Positions 34,496-44,467 of a stretch of 64,000 bases of DNA are shown here, one piece after another; position 1 is the first letter of the stretch; each line of letters begins with the position of its first letter. The DNA comes from an uncultured Nitrospiraceae bacterium (GTDB taxonomy: Bacteria > Nitrospirota > Nitrospiria > Nitrospirales > Nitrospiraceae). The notes under the pieces are model-generated. The model was given only the letters and a program-made list of their open reading frames with translations. It made no database searches and was not told the origin of the DNA. The stretch lies in assembly GCA_963706325.1 (NCBI GenBank), contig CAVPLT010000004.1:128001-192000 (forward strand). Direction: 5' to 3'. Made by a program: the position numbers and the translations under genes.

Positions 34496-34706
34496 CTCAC
34501 ATTGGAGTCGTGGCGGCCGCGCGGTTCCCGGTTGATGTCCCCTGCGCTCGACTTCTCCTCGCCAGTGAGAGCGTGACAAGACAACCAGCCTGCCGGTATG
34601 GCGCAGCATGCGCGAATCCAGCCGCCTGTGCGCTCCGTGGTCGGAGTTCCCAGACCTTCGGTGGCGTGTGCCGAGGTTGCCGCTCATCAGATCTCTGGTA
34701 TTTCCC

Positions 34707-35159
34707 ATGAGTCATTTTCTCTTTATCGCCGGCGCCTTGCGCGAACGGAGTTCCCAGGACAGCGCTCAACTCCAGCTGGGTGCCGGCATATGGGGACTGT
34801 GCACCGCGTTGATTCGCGACAATCTTCAAAAGTTTCTAACGCCGGAATCTCATGGATTCGTCTATGTCTTGAAAGAGGGGATCTGCGCGGAGTTTGCGAT
34901 TGCCTCGCCGGTGCTGTCGGTGCAGGCCTTGGACGACTTTCTGAAGGACGAGGTGCGGACGGAAGCGCGATATGGGTTTGTGCGGATTACGCCGGTGCGA
35001 CGGTGGCACGGCCATGCTCAGGAATGCCAGGTTTTGTTGCAGCGAGTGTTGGATATCAAGGAGCCTACGGAACTAACCCGGCGGCTGAGCCTGGGAATGC
35101 ATCGACTGGATCACGCGGAGTACCAGGCAATTCTCGAAGGGTTGGGTCCTGGCGAGTGA
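34707..35159 (+). CDS. hypothetical protein, possible EVE/PUA-like fold
   Basis: MSHFLFI start, GIWGL, FVYV, C-terminal GMHRLDHAEYQAI resemble EVE-type patterns. Confidence 0.6.
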   Translation: MSHFLFIAGALRERSSQDSAQLQLGAGIWGLCTALIRDNLQKFLTPESHGFVYVLKEGICAEFAIASPVLSVQALDDFLKDEVRTEARYGFVRITPVRRWHGHAQECQVLLQRVLDIKEPTELTRRLSLGMHRLDHAEYQAILEGLGPGE

Positions 35160-35191
35160 CCGGAGCCGTGACCTCCGCAACGAAAGCTCGT

Positions 35192-35863
35192 TTAGTCGAG
35201 CGTGCTTCCGGTCATAAGATGGTAAGCCGCCTCGATTGTGCCGACCTCCTTCACCTCGACGTTGAGATCCCACGCCAACCGGTTGATGTTCCAGCGAGGA
35301 TCGTCACGCTGGCCTTCAGGGATCAGGATGATGCGGTAGCCCTCGCGGACAGCGGCGCGAATCTTGTCCGAGATGCCTCCCACCGGCCCAATCGTGCCGT
35401 CTTTGGCAATGGTGCCTGTGAGGGCCACGCCTCGCCGAATGCGATCCCCTTTCAGCAGCGCGGCAAACCCCACTGTCATCACGGCACCAGCGCTGGGGCC
35501 GTCGCTTCCGGTCGAGGTGTAGGCGATGCCGATGGCGCTGACGGTGCCTGTATGATCGACGCTCGACGTGTGGTCGAGGGCGTATTGGAAGGCCAGGGCC
35601 ATCGAGCTGAGATTGCTTTGTCCAGGCCGAATGTTGCCGCCCTGCCAGCGTAAGGCTATCGGCGAGGGGCTAGGCTGCCGATCCCACCGCAGTAAGAGGA
35701 TTTCAAAGACGCCTCGGTCGTTGGCTTGGATCGCGGCCAACACCGGGATTTCGACGACTGATTCCGCGGTGGCCGGCCGAGACTCACTGAACAGTACCGT
35801 CGCACACAGCAACAAGATGCGCAAAGCCGTGCTCGTGATGACAGGGGCAGTGGAGGGGGGCAT
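35192..35863 (-). CDS. exported stand-alone Lon-type (S16) serine protease domain
   Basis: Signal peptide; DGPSAG (catalytic Ser), ALTGTI..DGTIGPVGGISDKIRAA (catalytic Lys). No AAA+ domain. Confidence 0.85.
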   Translation of the reverse strand: MPPSTAPVITSTALRILLLCATVLFSESRPATAESVVEIPVLAAIQANDRGVFEILLLRWDRQPSPSPIALRWQGGNIRPGQSNLSSMALAFQYALDHTSSVDHTGTVSAIGIAYTSTGSDGPSAGAVMTVGFAALLKGDRIRRGVALTGTIAKDGTIGPVGGISDKIRAAVREGYRIILIPEGQRDDPRWNINRLAWDLNVEVKEVGTIEAAYHLMTGSTLD

Positions 35864-35960
35864 ATGAAGGGAGTCTATCAAAAGTGTTTTTGCAGTAAAG
35901 TATTCACTCGATTTCCTGCCCCATCTTCCAATGGTCGCTTGCCTCTGTAGAAGGCCGCGT

Positions 35961-37067
35961 ATGGAGGTGTCGAAGAGGCTCTTTGTCACAAGGTTAGCCC
36001 CGGCTTGGCTGATGACGTTCGGCATGTTCTTGGGAGCGGTCCTCACCCCCGAAATGCTTCGCGCGAAATGTACGGCGGACAGGGGCGGGAGCAGCGCGAC
36101 CGTGGCGTTCACCCTGCGACTGAGCAGCGCCTGTACCGAGGCTGAGCGCGAGGCGCATGCGATTCCCGCGCAAGACCTGTTGCGCGCCCTTACGTCAGGT
36201 AAAGGGATAGACTTGGCGGGTGTTGTGATCCAAGGCGACCTGCTGCTCGATGAGCTGCCGCTACAGAAAGTGGCAGCGTTGCGGGATCTCTCGCCCGAAG
36301 ACCGTCGAGAACTCGATGGACTCAGGGATGAAGGCGTCCACGTCATCCATGGGCCGTTTGTCATCAAGAACGCGCGAGTCGAGGGACGGATCATCAATCG
36401 GCTCAAAGAAGGCTTTCTGCTGATCACCGGACCAGTGGTGTTGGCGCAGACACATTTCAAACGATCCGTCGATCTGTCGCGTACGGTGTTTCTCGGTCTG
36501 GTCGATGGATCGAAGGCGACCTTCGAGCAGGAGAGTTATTTTGTGCAGGATCGCTTTACGCAGGGCGCCATGTTCTCGGACACTCGGTTCGGTCCGCATG
36601 CCCGGTTTCATCGCTCGAGGTTTGCCGGTCCGGCCATTTTCCGCGGTGCCGCATTCAAGGGCTTGACGGAGTTTTTAGAGGTGGTCTTTGAACAGGATGC
36701 GAATTTCTCGCATGCGTCGTTTCACATGGGGACCGGATTTTCCGGCGTGCATTGCCGTGGTAAATGCAATTTCTCGTCCACACACTTCGATCGAGAGGCC
36801 TTCTTCCTCTTTGCGCTCTTTGAGCGCTCCACCAGCTTTGACTCGGCGCGATTCGAGGCGCAGGCAGACTTTTCCGATGCTGCTTTCAAAGAAGGTGACG
36901 ACCTTGCACAGGCAGTTTTCGCCCACCCACCGGTTTTGACTCGGACTGCTCGGGTCACTGGCACGACGCCCGGTCGAGTTGAGGGAGCCCCCTCGTCGCA
37001 GGCGCTAACAATTGTGCTCGTTTTGATGGCAGGTGCACTGTTGTTCTATATCATTAGAGCCAAATGA
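35961..37067 (+). CDS. exported pentapeptide-repeat protein with C-terminal membrane anchor
   Basis: Signal-like N-terminus; AxFxxxxFxxx repeats (e.g. ANFSHASFHMG, ADFSDAAFKEG); C-terminal TM followed by RAK. Confidence 0.85.
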   Translation: MEVSKRLFVTRLAPAWLMTFGMFLGAVLTPEMLRAKCTADRGGSSATVAFTLRLSSACTEAEREAHAIPAQDLLRALTSGKGIDLAGVVIQGDLLLDELPLQKVAALRDLSPEDRRELDGLRDEGVHVIHGPFVIKNARVEGRIINRLKEGFLLITGPVVLAQTHFKRSVDLSRTVFLGLVDGSKATFEQESYFVQDRFTQGAMFSDTRFGPHARFHRSRFAGPAIFRGAAFKGLTEFLEVVFEQDANFSHASFHMGTGFSGVHCRGKCNFSSTHFDREAFFLFALFERSTSFDSARFEAQADFSDAAFKEGDDLAQAVFAHPPVLTRTARVTGTTPGRVEGAPSSQALTIVLVLMAGALLFYIIRAK

Positions 37068-37164
37068 GTTTCCCCGACCCCACCACATATAGTTTTGATG
37101 TTGCCGGTCCCCACATAACTTGGTATAAGGTTGAAACTTTGTCCAAGGGAGTATCTAGTACCTG

Positions 37165-37944
37165 ATGGACCAACCTGAACTGCCCTACCAAGTTAAGATC
37201 GAGAATTTCGAAGGCCCCCTCGATCTCCTCTTGCACCTCATCAAGAAGAACGAGATCAACATCTACGATATTCCCATTGCGCTGATTGCACAGCAGTATT
37301 TGGACTATCTGTCGGTGATGAAGGAACTGAATCTCGGCGTGGCCGGCGAATTTCTCGTGATGGCGGCTACATTGCTCCATATCAAATCGCGAATGTTATT
37401 GCCGGTAGAGGAAGCAGCCGTGGATGAGGATGACGGCCCGGATCCACGCGAGGAGCTCGTGCGCCGGTTGCTCGAATACAAACAGTTCAAGGAGGCAGCC
37501 TCGCAACTTGATTACAAGGAGCGTTTATGGCGGGACGTGTTTTCGCGAGAATCTGGGTCAGAGGTGGAACTCACCAAGGATGAGAATCTGCTTGATGAGA
37601 TTTCTTTGTTCGACCTGGTCGATGCGTTGCAGGGAGTGCTTTCGCGCCATCCCGGGAAGCGTCTGGTCGAAATCATTCCTGACAACTTGACCGTTCGCAC
37701 CCGTATGAGCGCTATTATTGAGGCGCTGGAAGAGCATGAGTCCATGGCGTTCACCGAGTTATTCGAGGCTTCCAGCCATCGGCTGGTCGTGATTGTGACC
37801 TTCCTAGCGCTGCTTGAGCTGATTCGCATCAGGGTCGTACGTGTATTTCAAAGCGAAACCTTTGGGGCGATCCTTGTTTCACGCGCTTTTTCAGCCGTTG
37901 CAGAAGGGGAATTAGTGGAGGAGTCCGAATGGAAGAACCTATGA
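37165..37944 (+). CDS. scpA: segregation and condensation protein A
   Basis: FEGPLDLLLHLI, EFLVMAATLLHIKSRMLLP, DPREELVRRLLEY, TFLALLEL. Confidence 0.97.
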   Translation: MDQPELPYQVKIENFEGPLDLLLHLIKKNEINIYDIPIALIAQQYLDYLSVMKELNLGVAGEFLVMAATLLHIKSRMLLPVEEAAVDEDDGPDPREELVRRLLEYKQFKEAASQLDYKERLWRDVFSRESGSEVELTKDENLLDEISLFDLVDALQGVLSRHPGKRLVEIIPDNLTVRTRMSAIIEALEEHESMAFTELFEASSHRLVVIVTFLALLELIRIRVVRVFQSETFGAILVSRAFSAVAEGELVEESEWKNL

Positions 37945-38837
37945 GTCTCAGCATGGGGGATGCGGTCGAGGGGCCTGCCGAGGGGCGGGAGGGCGCCGAA
38001 GAGCCTACTGCTCACGTTGGTGAGTCCGAGGTGGAGCCCGACGCGGGAGAATCTGTTGCCACTGAGATGTCGGCGTCAGCTTCTGATTTGGCTCATTCTG
38101 ACCTGCGGGCCTTGAAGGGAATCCTTGAGGCATTGCTCTTTGTCACGGCCGATCCCATCCCGGTTACCAGGTTCTTGGCATTGCTCGGAGCAGTTACTAA
38201 GCATGAAATCGAACAAGCCTTAGCCAGCCTCAGTGACGACTACGAACAGGAAGGCCGTGGGCTGCAATTGGCTGAGGTAGCCGGTGGCTATCGGATCATG
38301 ACCAAGGCAGAATTTGCGCCCTGGCTGAAGCGCCTGGAGAAGGTGAAGGCCCCATCGAAACTCTCCCGATCCGCCTTGGAATCACTAGCGATCATTGCCT
38401 ATAAGCAACCGATCGTGCGCGCCGAGGTAGAGCAAATTCGCGGCGTGGAAACGTCGGGAGTGATCCGGACTTTATTGGAGCGAAAACTTGTGCGTATCGT
38501 TGGCCGGAAGGAAGAACCGGGGCGTCCGATCATGTATGGGACGACGAAATTCTTCCTTGAACATTTTGGTTTGCGAGATTTATCCCAGCTGCCACCGCTG
38601 CGCGAGTTCAGGGAGTTGGGCGAGTCCGAGCAGGCGATGTTGCCGATTGATGAGTCCGTTGAGGTGGTGGGAGCGTCGTTGACGCAACCCCCAGCATCTT
38701 CAACTCAGGAGCAGGCGGATGGGGCACAAGGTGAGGTCACCCCCATCGAAGTGAATGGCACAGCAATAGAGATGGGTGAAATCAATGCTAATGCGGAGAA
38801 TGACTTCGTGGCCGCCGATGTAACAGAAGAATCGTAA
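37941..38837 (+). CDS. scpB: segregation and condensation protein B
   Basis: LEALLF, VAGGYR, LESLAIIAYKQP, IRGV, PGRPIMYGTT..FLEHFGL..L..LP. Confidence 0.97.
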   Translation: MSLSMGDAVEGPAEGREGAEEPTAHVGESEVEPDAGESVATEMSASASDLAHSDLRALKGILEALLFVTADPIPVTRFLALLGAVTKHEIEQALASLSDDYEQEGRGLQLAEVAGGYRIMTKAEFAPWLKRLEKVKAPSKLSRSALESLAIIAYKQPIVRAEVEQIRGVETSGVIRTLLERKLVRIVGRKEEPGRPIMYGTTKFFLEHFGLRDLSQLPPLREFRELGESEQAMLPIDESVEVVGASLTQPPASSTQEQADGAQGEVTPIEVNGTAIEMGEINANAENDFVAADVTEES

Positions 38838-38999
38838 CCTGTCCCCCTGAGGCTAACCCCCTCTCCCAGGAAGGGATATGGGTGAACTCTACCCAGTGTT
38901 AGTTCGTGTGAAAGGTCTCCAGGAAGTTGCCTGCCAGGAGGATGCTTCTGGAGATCTTCTCTAGTGTCCCCGGAGGCACGACTCGCTCTTGTAGGCTAG

Positions 39000-39572
39000 T
39001 TAGTGGCAGCCAATGGGAATAAAGCCTGCTCCGAATATCCGTGAAAGGGCCACATACCGGGCGTTGTCATAAAACGCATAGCTTGGGGCCTGCCAGTTGC
39101 GCGCCGTTGGATTTCCACCGTAGGATGGGTCGGTTCCGAAGAAGAATCCTCCGCGACTGTTCTGCGTGAGGTGAATCCATTCCATATACATACCGCAGAC
39201 TTCACCTTGGACCGAAGTGCCCGCCGTATTACCCGCATACCAATCCCGCGCAAAATCAGGAACCTGCGTCATATTTCGCACGGCTCCCATTGGGGTGTCA
39301 TAAGCAAAATCAGGCATTCCAGGTGCCGCCTGATAGATTGAACCACCGGTTGAAGGCCGGAACGGTAAATCTGGTAATGAGGATACGATTGAAAGTGCCT
39401 GAAGCATTTTGGGCTGGCAACCCGGCCGTTCTTTGTTCGTGTAAAGAATTGTACCATCAGGGCTCGGGCATTCCCACATGTCCACCGCTGATGATTCAGT
39501 CGCTCGAACAGTTGTTGGGGCGAGCATCAGACTCGCGGCGAGGGTAGCGAGCACAAGTCGTGTTGACCACAT
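39000..39572 (-). CDS. exported DUF4124-like protein
   Basis: Signal peptide; WECPSPDGTILYTNK..PGC; GGAGG RBS. Confidence 0.7.
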   Translation of the reverse strand: MWSTRLVLATLAASLMLAPTTVRATESSAVDMWECPSPDGTILYTNKERPGCQPKMLQALSIVSSLPDLPFRPSTGGSIYQAAPGMPDFAYDTPMGAVRNMTQVPDFARDWYAGNTAGTSVQGEVCGMYMEWIHLTQNSRGGFFFGTDPSYGGNPTARNWQAPSYAFYDNARYVALSRIFGAGFIPIGCH

Positions 39573-39796
39573 GATACACCTCCGATTGGTTGCATCCTAT
39601 TCGAACATGCCGTCAGTTTTTGTATCGAGACTGCAGAGCCTAAGATATTCGTAAGAATCGCGTCCATCCAGCTTTGGGGGGATGGACGCAACCCGGACTC
39701 AATATCGTGGGCTCATGGCCGCGCGGTCGATCCATGTCACCCTACTGGCGATCAGGTTGAGCAGCAAGGAGCCGAGTCAGACGTGCGGTTCGTGCC

Positions 39797-39826
39797 TTGA
39801 CTCCATTCTTTTCGCTTTGTTAGACT
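39797..39826 (+). promoter_or_regulatory. sigma70-like promoter for the NHL gene and possibly guaBA
   Basis: TTGACT, 18-nt spacer, TAGACT with extended TG. Confidence 0.45.
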
Positions 39827-39888
39827 GCCCGATCTAAGTTATTGAAACATCCGCTAATCTTCACCAATCTCGTACCACGAGGAACACC

Positions 39889-42855
39889 ATGATCAAGGCC
39901 TGGTTGCTGGACGAAATGTTTCGGTTCGACCGACATCATCTCACGGCGGATGGAAGTCAGAGTGAATGGGGAGCCGGAGACTCCGTTGCTGAGGAGGAAG
40001 ACCTGCCTCCTGCGCCGACGGGAGTGGCTGCCAAGGCTGGGAATGGTCGGGTGATGATCACCTGGGATGCGGTGCAGGATGCGATGTACTACAACTTATA
40101 TTTCATGACCACAAAGGGAGTACAGATTAAGTTTTCGGAATTAACGCGGCCGATCGCGAGTGCGGAAGATTTCAAGACGCTCATCGGTGTAACGAAGGAA
40201 AAAGGGACTTGTATCGAAGGCCCTCAATCGCCCTTCATCCACGACGATTTGGCGAATGGGACCTGTTATCACTATGTCGTCACCGTGGTGACGCAAAAGG
40301 GCGAAAGTCCTGAATCGCAGGAGGTCATGGCGATTCCGGCTCCCTACCTGATTGCCAAAATTATCGGGCAGGAAGGTGTAGAAGACGGCGAGTTCAGCTC
40401 CCCAACCGGCATCGCAGTCGACAAGGACGGCAATCTGTACGTCGCGGATACCGACAATCATTCAATTCAAAAATTCGACAAAGCGGGCACCTTTCTTGGG
40501 CGCTGGGGCGGTGAAGCGGGCAGTGCCGAGGGCGGGTACTACTATCCGCGCGGCTTGGCGACCAATGTGGACGGACAGGTGTACGTGGCCGACACCGGCA
40601 ACAACCGTGTCCAGCGTCTGGACACCGACGGCAATCCCATGAAGTCATGGGGCAAGTTCGGATTTGCCTGGCGTGGGGCAGACATGAACAAGTTCGATGC
40701 CCCCTGGGGAGTGACGACCGACCAAGAGGGTAACATCTATGTGACCGACACCAATAACGCCCGTATTCAAAAGTTCAAAGGCGACGGGACGCCACTGTTA
40801 AAGTGGGGGCGCGACGGCAGTTTTGACGGAGCCTTTTTCTTCCCGCGCGGCGTCGCAGTGGATTTTGTGGGAAATACCTACGTTGCCGATGAAGGCAACA
40901 ACCGTATCCAGAAGTTCGACACACGCGGTAGTTTTTTGACGAAATGGGGGAGGGAAGGGAGTGGGCCAGGCCAGTTTAAGGCGCCGTGGGGCGTTACCTG
41001 CGATGCCTTGGGCAACGTCTACGTAGTCGATCAGGGCAATCACCGTATTCAAAAGTTTGACGGCAACGGCACATTTCTCTGCGCGTGGGGTAATCGCGGG
41101 AAAACTGAGGGGCAGCTCAATTTCCCGTCCGGCGTTGCGGTAGACAAGGAGGGCGCGGTCTATGTCGTCGATAGCGGCAATCATCGGGTCATTAAGTATG
41201 TGCCCACGGATGAAGAACTGAATCGGGGAAAAGCAGAGCGCGAGCGGGCTCAAGAGGTCACCAATTATCCGATTCCGCGCAACCTAGCCATCAAGCCGGG
41301 GGACACCGAAACGTTTCTCAGTTGGATGGACGTGCCGGGGGCCGTTTCGTACAACCTTTACTTCCACACGACGGCGAATGTGACGCTGGAAGGCGGGACG
41401 AAAATCGAGGGAGTGTCCAGCCCCTATAACCACTCCGGGCTCACCAATGATCAGGCCTATCACTATGCCCTGACTGCGGTGTATGAGGACGGGACGGAGA
41501 GCGGACTCTCCGAAGAAGTGTCGACAACGCCGGTACTGATCGACATTACGGCTCCGCAAACTCCGTATGCGGTAATCAACCATGGCGCATTCATGACTAA
41601 CTCACCTGAAATTGTGGTGACGATCTCAGCCACCGATCTCGATACCGGTGTCGCCGCGTATTATGTTTCCGAAAACCCAATGACACCGATGGCGGGAACC
41701 CCGGGATGGGTGGAAGTTCAACCCGCGATAAAGTTCGGTGCGACGATTCCCTTCATTCTCTCTCCGGGCGACGGGCAGAAAACGGTCATTGTCTGGTTCA
41801 AGGACGTCGGCAACAATATCTCGACGCCGGCGAGCGCCACCATTTTGGTCAACACTTCAGGGTATCTCTGTGTTTCCAAGTGGGGCAAGCCTGGCCGTGG
41901 CGCGTCGTTGCTTCACGGCGGCGAGTTTATGGCGCCGATGTATGGACTGGCCATCGATCAACAGGGAGCCGTCTTTGTTGTCGACAACGGCAACAATCGT
42001 ATCCAAAAGTTCGACCGCACCGGGAACTTCATTATCCTGTGGGGGAATTTCGGAGCCGCCAATGCGAACTTTCACAATCCGACGGGCATTGCCTGTGATG
42101 CGAAAGGTAACGTCTACGTGGTCGATACGAACAATCACCGCGTGCAGAAGTTCGACGGGAAACTGGGTGGCTACATCATGAAGTTCGGCTCTCGCGGGAA
42201 CGGCGAAGGCCAGTTTAACGCGCCTTGGGGCATCGCGATCGATCGGGTGCGCGGCTATATCTATGTCGTCGATAGCGCAAACTTCCGTGTCCAGAAGTTC
42301 GATATGAGCGGCGAATTCATCATGTCCTGGGGCAGCTTCGGAAATGGTGACGGGCAGTTCTATTTTCCTCGCGGGATCGCGGTCGATCAGGCCGACGGGA
42401 CGGTCTATGTCGTCGACATGGGCAATCACCGCATTCAGAAATTTGATACCAGCACCAACGTGTTGCCGCAGCTGCTCACGAAGTGGGGAGGCAGTTCAGA
42501 GGCTGGTCATGCCAGCAGTCCCTTGGCGCAGGAAGCCGGACAGCTTCGATCTCCTTGGGGGATTACGGTGGACGGCCAAGGGGATGTGTACGTCACGGAT
42601 ACCGGTAACCATCGTGTGGAAAAATTCGACCGCGAGGGGAATTTCATCTCTCAGTGGGGTGGATTTGGGGGCGGTGACGGTCAATTCAACTTCCCCTACG
42701 GAATTGTGGTGGATTCGAGAGGGAGTGTGTTCGCTGTCGATAGCGGAAATACGAGGGTCCAGCAATTTATGCCGGCGGAAGAAGGCAGTGAGCGTTTGCA
42801 GGAAGAGGCTGAAGCGGTTGCGGAATTGGGCCAGGTCGACAGGACGAAGGTATAG
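39889..42855 (+). CDS. NHL-repeat protein with fibronectin type III-like domains
   Basis: Two blocks of ~6 repeats (F..P.GIAVD..GNxYVxDxxNxRIQKFD), each preceded by an FN3-like domain (PPAPTGV...ITWDAV...YNLY...YYVVT). Confidence 0.92.
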   Translation: MIKAWLLDEMFRFDRHHLTADGSQSEWGAGDSVAEEEDLPPAPTGVAAKAGNGRVMITWDAVQDAMYYNLYFMTTKGVQIKFSELTRPIASAEDFKTLIGVTKEKGTCIEGPQSPFIHDDLANGTCYHYVVTVVTQKGESPESQEVMAIPAPYLIAKIIGQEGVEDGEFSSPTGIAVDKDGNLYVADTDNHSIQKFDKAGTFLGRWGGEAGSAEGGYYYPRGLATNVDGQVYVADTGNNRVQRLDTDGNPMKSWGKFGFAWRGADMNKFDAPWGVTTDQEGNIYVTDTNNARIQKFKGDGTPLLKWGRDGSFDGAFFFPRGVAVDFVGNTYVADEGNNRIQKFDTRGSFLTKWGREGSGPGQFKAPWGVTCDALGNVYVVDQGNHRIQKFDGNGTFLCAWGNRGKTEGQLNFPSGVAVDKEGAVYVVDSGNHRVIKYVPTDEELNRGKAERERAQEVTNYPIPRNLAIKPGDTETFLSWMDVPGAVSYNLYFHTTANVTLEGGTKIEGVSSPYNHSGLTNDQAYHYALTAVYEDGTESGLSEEVSTTPVLIDITAPQTPYAVINHGAFMTNSPEIVVTISATDLDTGVAAYYVSENPMTPMAGTPGWVEVQPAIKFGATIPFILSPGDGQKTVIVWFKDVGNNISTPASATILVNTSGYLCVSKWGKPGRGASLLHGGEFMAPMYGLAIDQQGAVFVVDNGNNRIQKFDRTGNFIILWGNFGAANANFHNPTGIACDAKGNVYVVDTNNHRVQKFDGKLGGYIMKFGSRGNGEGQFNAPWGIAIDRVRGYIYVVDSANFRVQKFDMSGEFIMSWGSFGNGDGQFYFPRGIAVDQADGTVYVVDMGNHRIQKFDTSTNVLPQLLTKWGGSSEAGHASSPLAQEAGQLRSPWGITVDGQGDVYVTDTGNHRVEKFDREGNFISQWGGFGGGDGQFNFPYGIVVDSRGSVFAVDSGNTRVQQFMPAEEGSERLQEEAEAVAELGQVDRTKV

Positions 42856-42893
42856 GCATAACGGGCGAGAGGCCCGGGAGAGGGTGGCGTCTG

Positions 42894-44360
42894 ATGTTGG
42901 AGAAGGAAATTCGGGTGGGGCTGACGTATGATGACGTCGTCCTGGTGCCCGCGAGGTCGCAGGTCATCCCCAGCGAGGTCGATACCCGAACTCACCTGTC
43001 CCGAAACATTCAGCTGAATATTCCTATTGTCAGCGCCGCTATGGACACCGTGACAGAAGCGCGACTCGCAATTGCGATGGCGCAGGAGGGCGGCATCGGC
43101 ATCGTGCACCGTGTCCTTTCTCCCGCCGACCAAGCGGCTGAAATTGACAAGGTAAAGAAATCTGAAAGTGGGATGATCCTGGATCCCATTACGATCTCGC
43201 CGGATCAAACCATTCGGGATGCGCACGACCTCATGGCTAAGTACCGAATATCCGGTATCCCGGTGACCAAGGGTGGCAAGCTGGTCGGAATTCTTACCAA
43301 TCGGGATTTGCGATTCGAGACCAGAATGGAGCTGAAAGTGTCGCAGGTGATGAAGCGTGACAAGCTCATTACCGCACCGGAAGGCACCAGTTTGGAAAAG
43401 GCGCGTGAAATCCTGCACGAACACCGGATTGAGAAACTGCCGGTCGTGAACAAACAGTTCGAGCTCAAAGGGCTGATTACGATTAAAGACATCGAAAAGC
43501 GCATCAAGTATCCCCATGCTTGCAAAGATTCTCATGGCCGTCTTCGGGTGGGGGCGGCTTTAGGGGTCGGGCCTGAGACCGGAGACCGGGTCGCCTTGCT
43601 CGTGAAGGTCGGGGTCGACGTCGTCGTGGTGGATACGGCGCATGGGCATTCGCAGGCTGTGTTGGATACCGTCAAGATGGTGCGTAAAGCCCATCCTCAG
43701 TTGGACATCATCGCAGGTAACATTGCGACGGCGCAGGCGGCCAAGGATTTGGTGAAGGCCGGGGTGGACGCAGTCAAGGTGGGCGTGGGACCAGGATCAA
43801 TCTGTACGACGCGGATGGTGTCCGGTGCGGGTATGCCACAACTGACCGCGATTGCAGATTGCGCCAAAGTATTGGTTGGATCAGGAGTTCCTGTCATTGC
43901 CGATGGCGGGATCAAGTATTCCGGCGACATCACGAAAGCCTTGGCGGCCGGCGCCTCGGCGGTCATGTTGGGTAGTCTGCTGGCCGGGACTGAAGAAGCT
44001 CCTGGTGAAACCGTATTGTTCCAGGCCCGGACGTATAAAGTGTATCGCGGAATGGGATCAATCGGAGCCATGGAACGAGGAGGCGGTGATCGGTACGGGC
44101 AGAGCGGACGTCCCACCCCCAAGCTGGTGCCGGAAGGCATTGAAGGGCGAGTGCCGTACAAGGGGCTGTTGGCGCCGCATATTTATCAGATGGTTGGAGG
44201 AGTGAAATCCGGTATGGGTTATTGCGGCTGCAAGACCATCCCGGACCTGCAGCAGAAGGCGACGTTCATTCGCCAAACTATAGCCGGCCTTCGCGAGGGG
44301 CATGTGCATGACGTCATCATCACCAAAGAAGCTCCTAATTATCGCACCGATTGGGAGTAA
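42894..44360 (+). CDS. guaB: IMP dehydrogenase
   Basis: [12 protein letters not shown] pair, [28 protein letters not shown]. Confidence 0.99.
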   Translation: MLEKEIRVGLTYDDVVLVPARSQVIPSEVDTRTHLSRNIQLNIPIVSAAMDTVTEARLAIAMAQEGGIGIVHRVLSPADQAAEIDKVKKSESGMILDPITISPDQTIRDAHDLMAKYRISGIPVTKGGKLVGILTNRDLRFETRMELKVSQVMKRDKLITAPEGTSLEKAREILHEHRIEKLPVVNKQFELKGLITIKDIEKRIKYPHACKDSHGRLRVGAALGVGPETGDRVALLVKVGVDVVVVDTAHGHSQAVLDTVKMVRKAHPQLDIIAGNIATAQAAKDLVKAGVDAVKVGVGPGSICTTRMVSGAGMPQLTAIADCAKVLVGSGVPVIADGGIKYSGDITKALAAGASAVMLGSLLAGTEEAPGETVLFQARTYKVYRGMGSIGAMERGGGDRYGQSGRPTPKLVPEGIEGRVPYKGLLAPHIYQMVGGVKSGMGYCGCKTIPDLQQKATFIRQTIAGLREGHVHDVIITKEAPNYRTDWE

Positions 44361-44467
44361 GTCCTGTGAAGCGTCAGGCATAACAGGTTAGGCGACTAGC
44401 CGCGACCACTGTCCAGGTCGGTCATCGGACACTCCTCACTGCTCACCCCTCACGCCAACGGATTCTG

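Noticed and set aside
34496..34569. Long hairpin after the histone-like gene as terminator or ncRNA
   Set aside because: Only short, interrupted stems (CTCAC/GTGAG, GAGTCG/CGACTT) and no U-tract; not distinguishable from chance in GC-rich DNA.
35864..36460. N-terminal 200 aa of the 422-aa ORF 35192..36460 as part of a full Lon protease
   Set aside because: It overlaps the opposite-strand pentapeptide gene and has no AAA+ motifs; the real gene starts near 35863.
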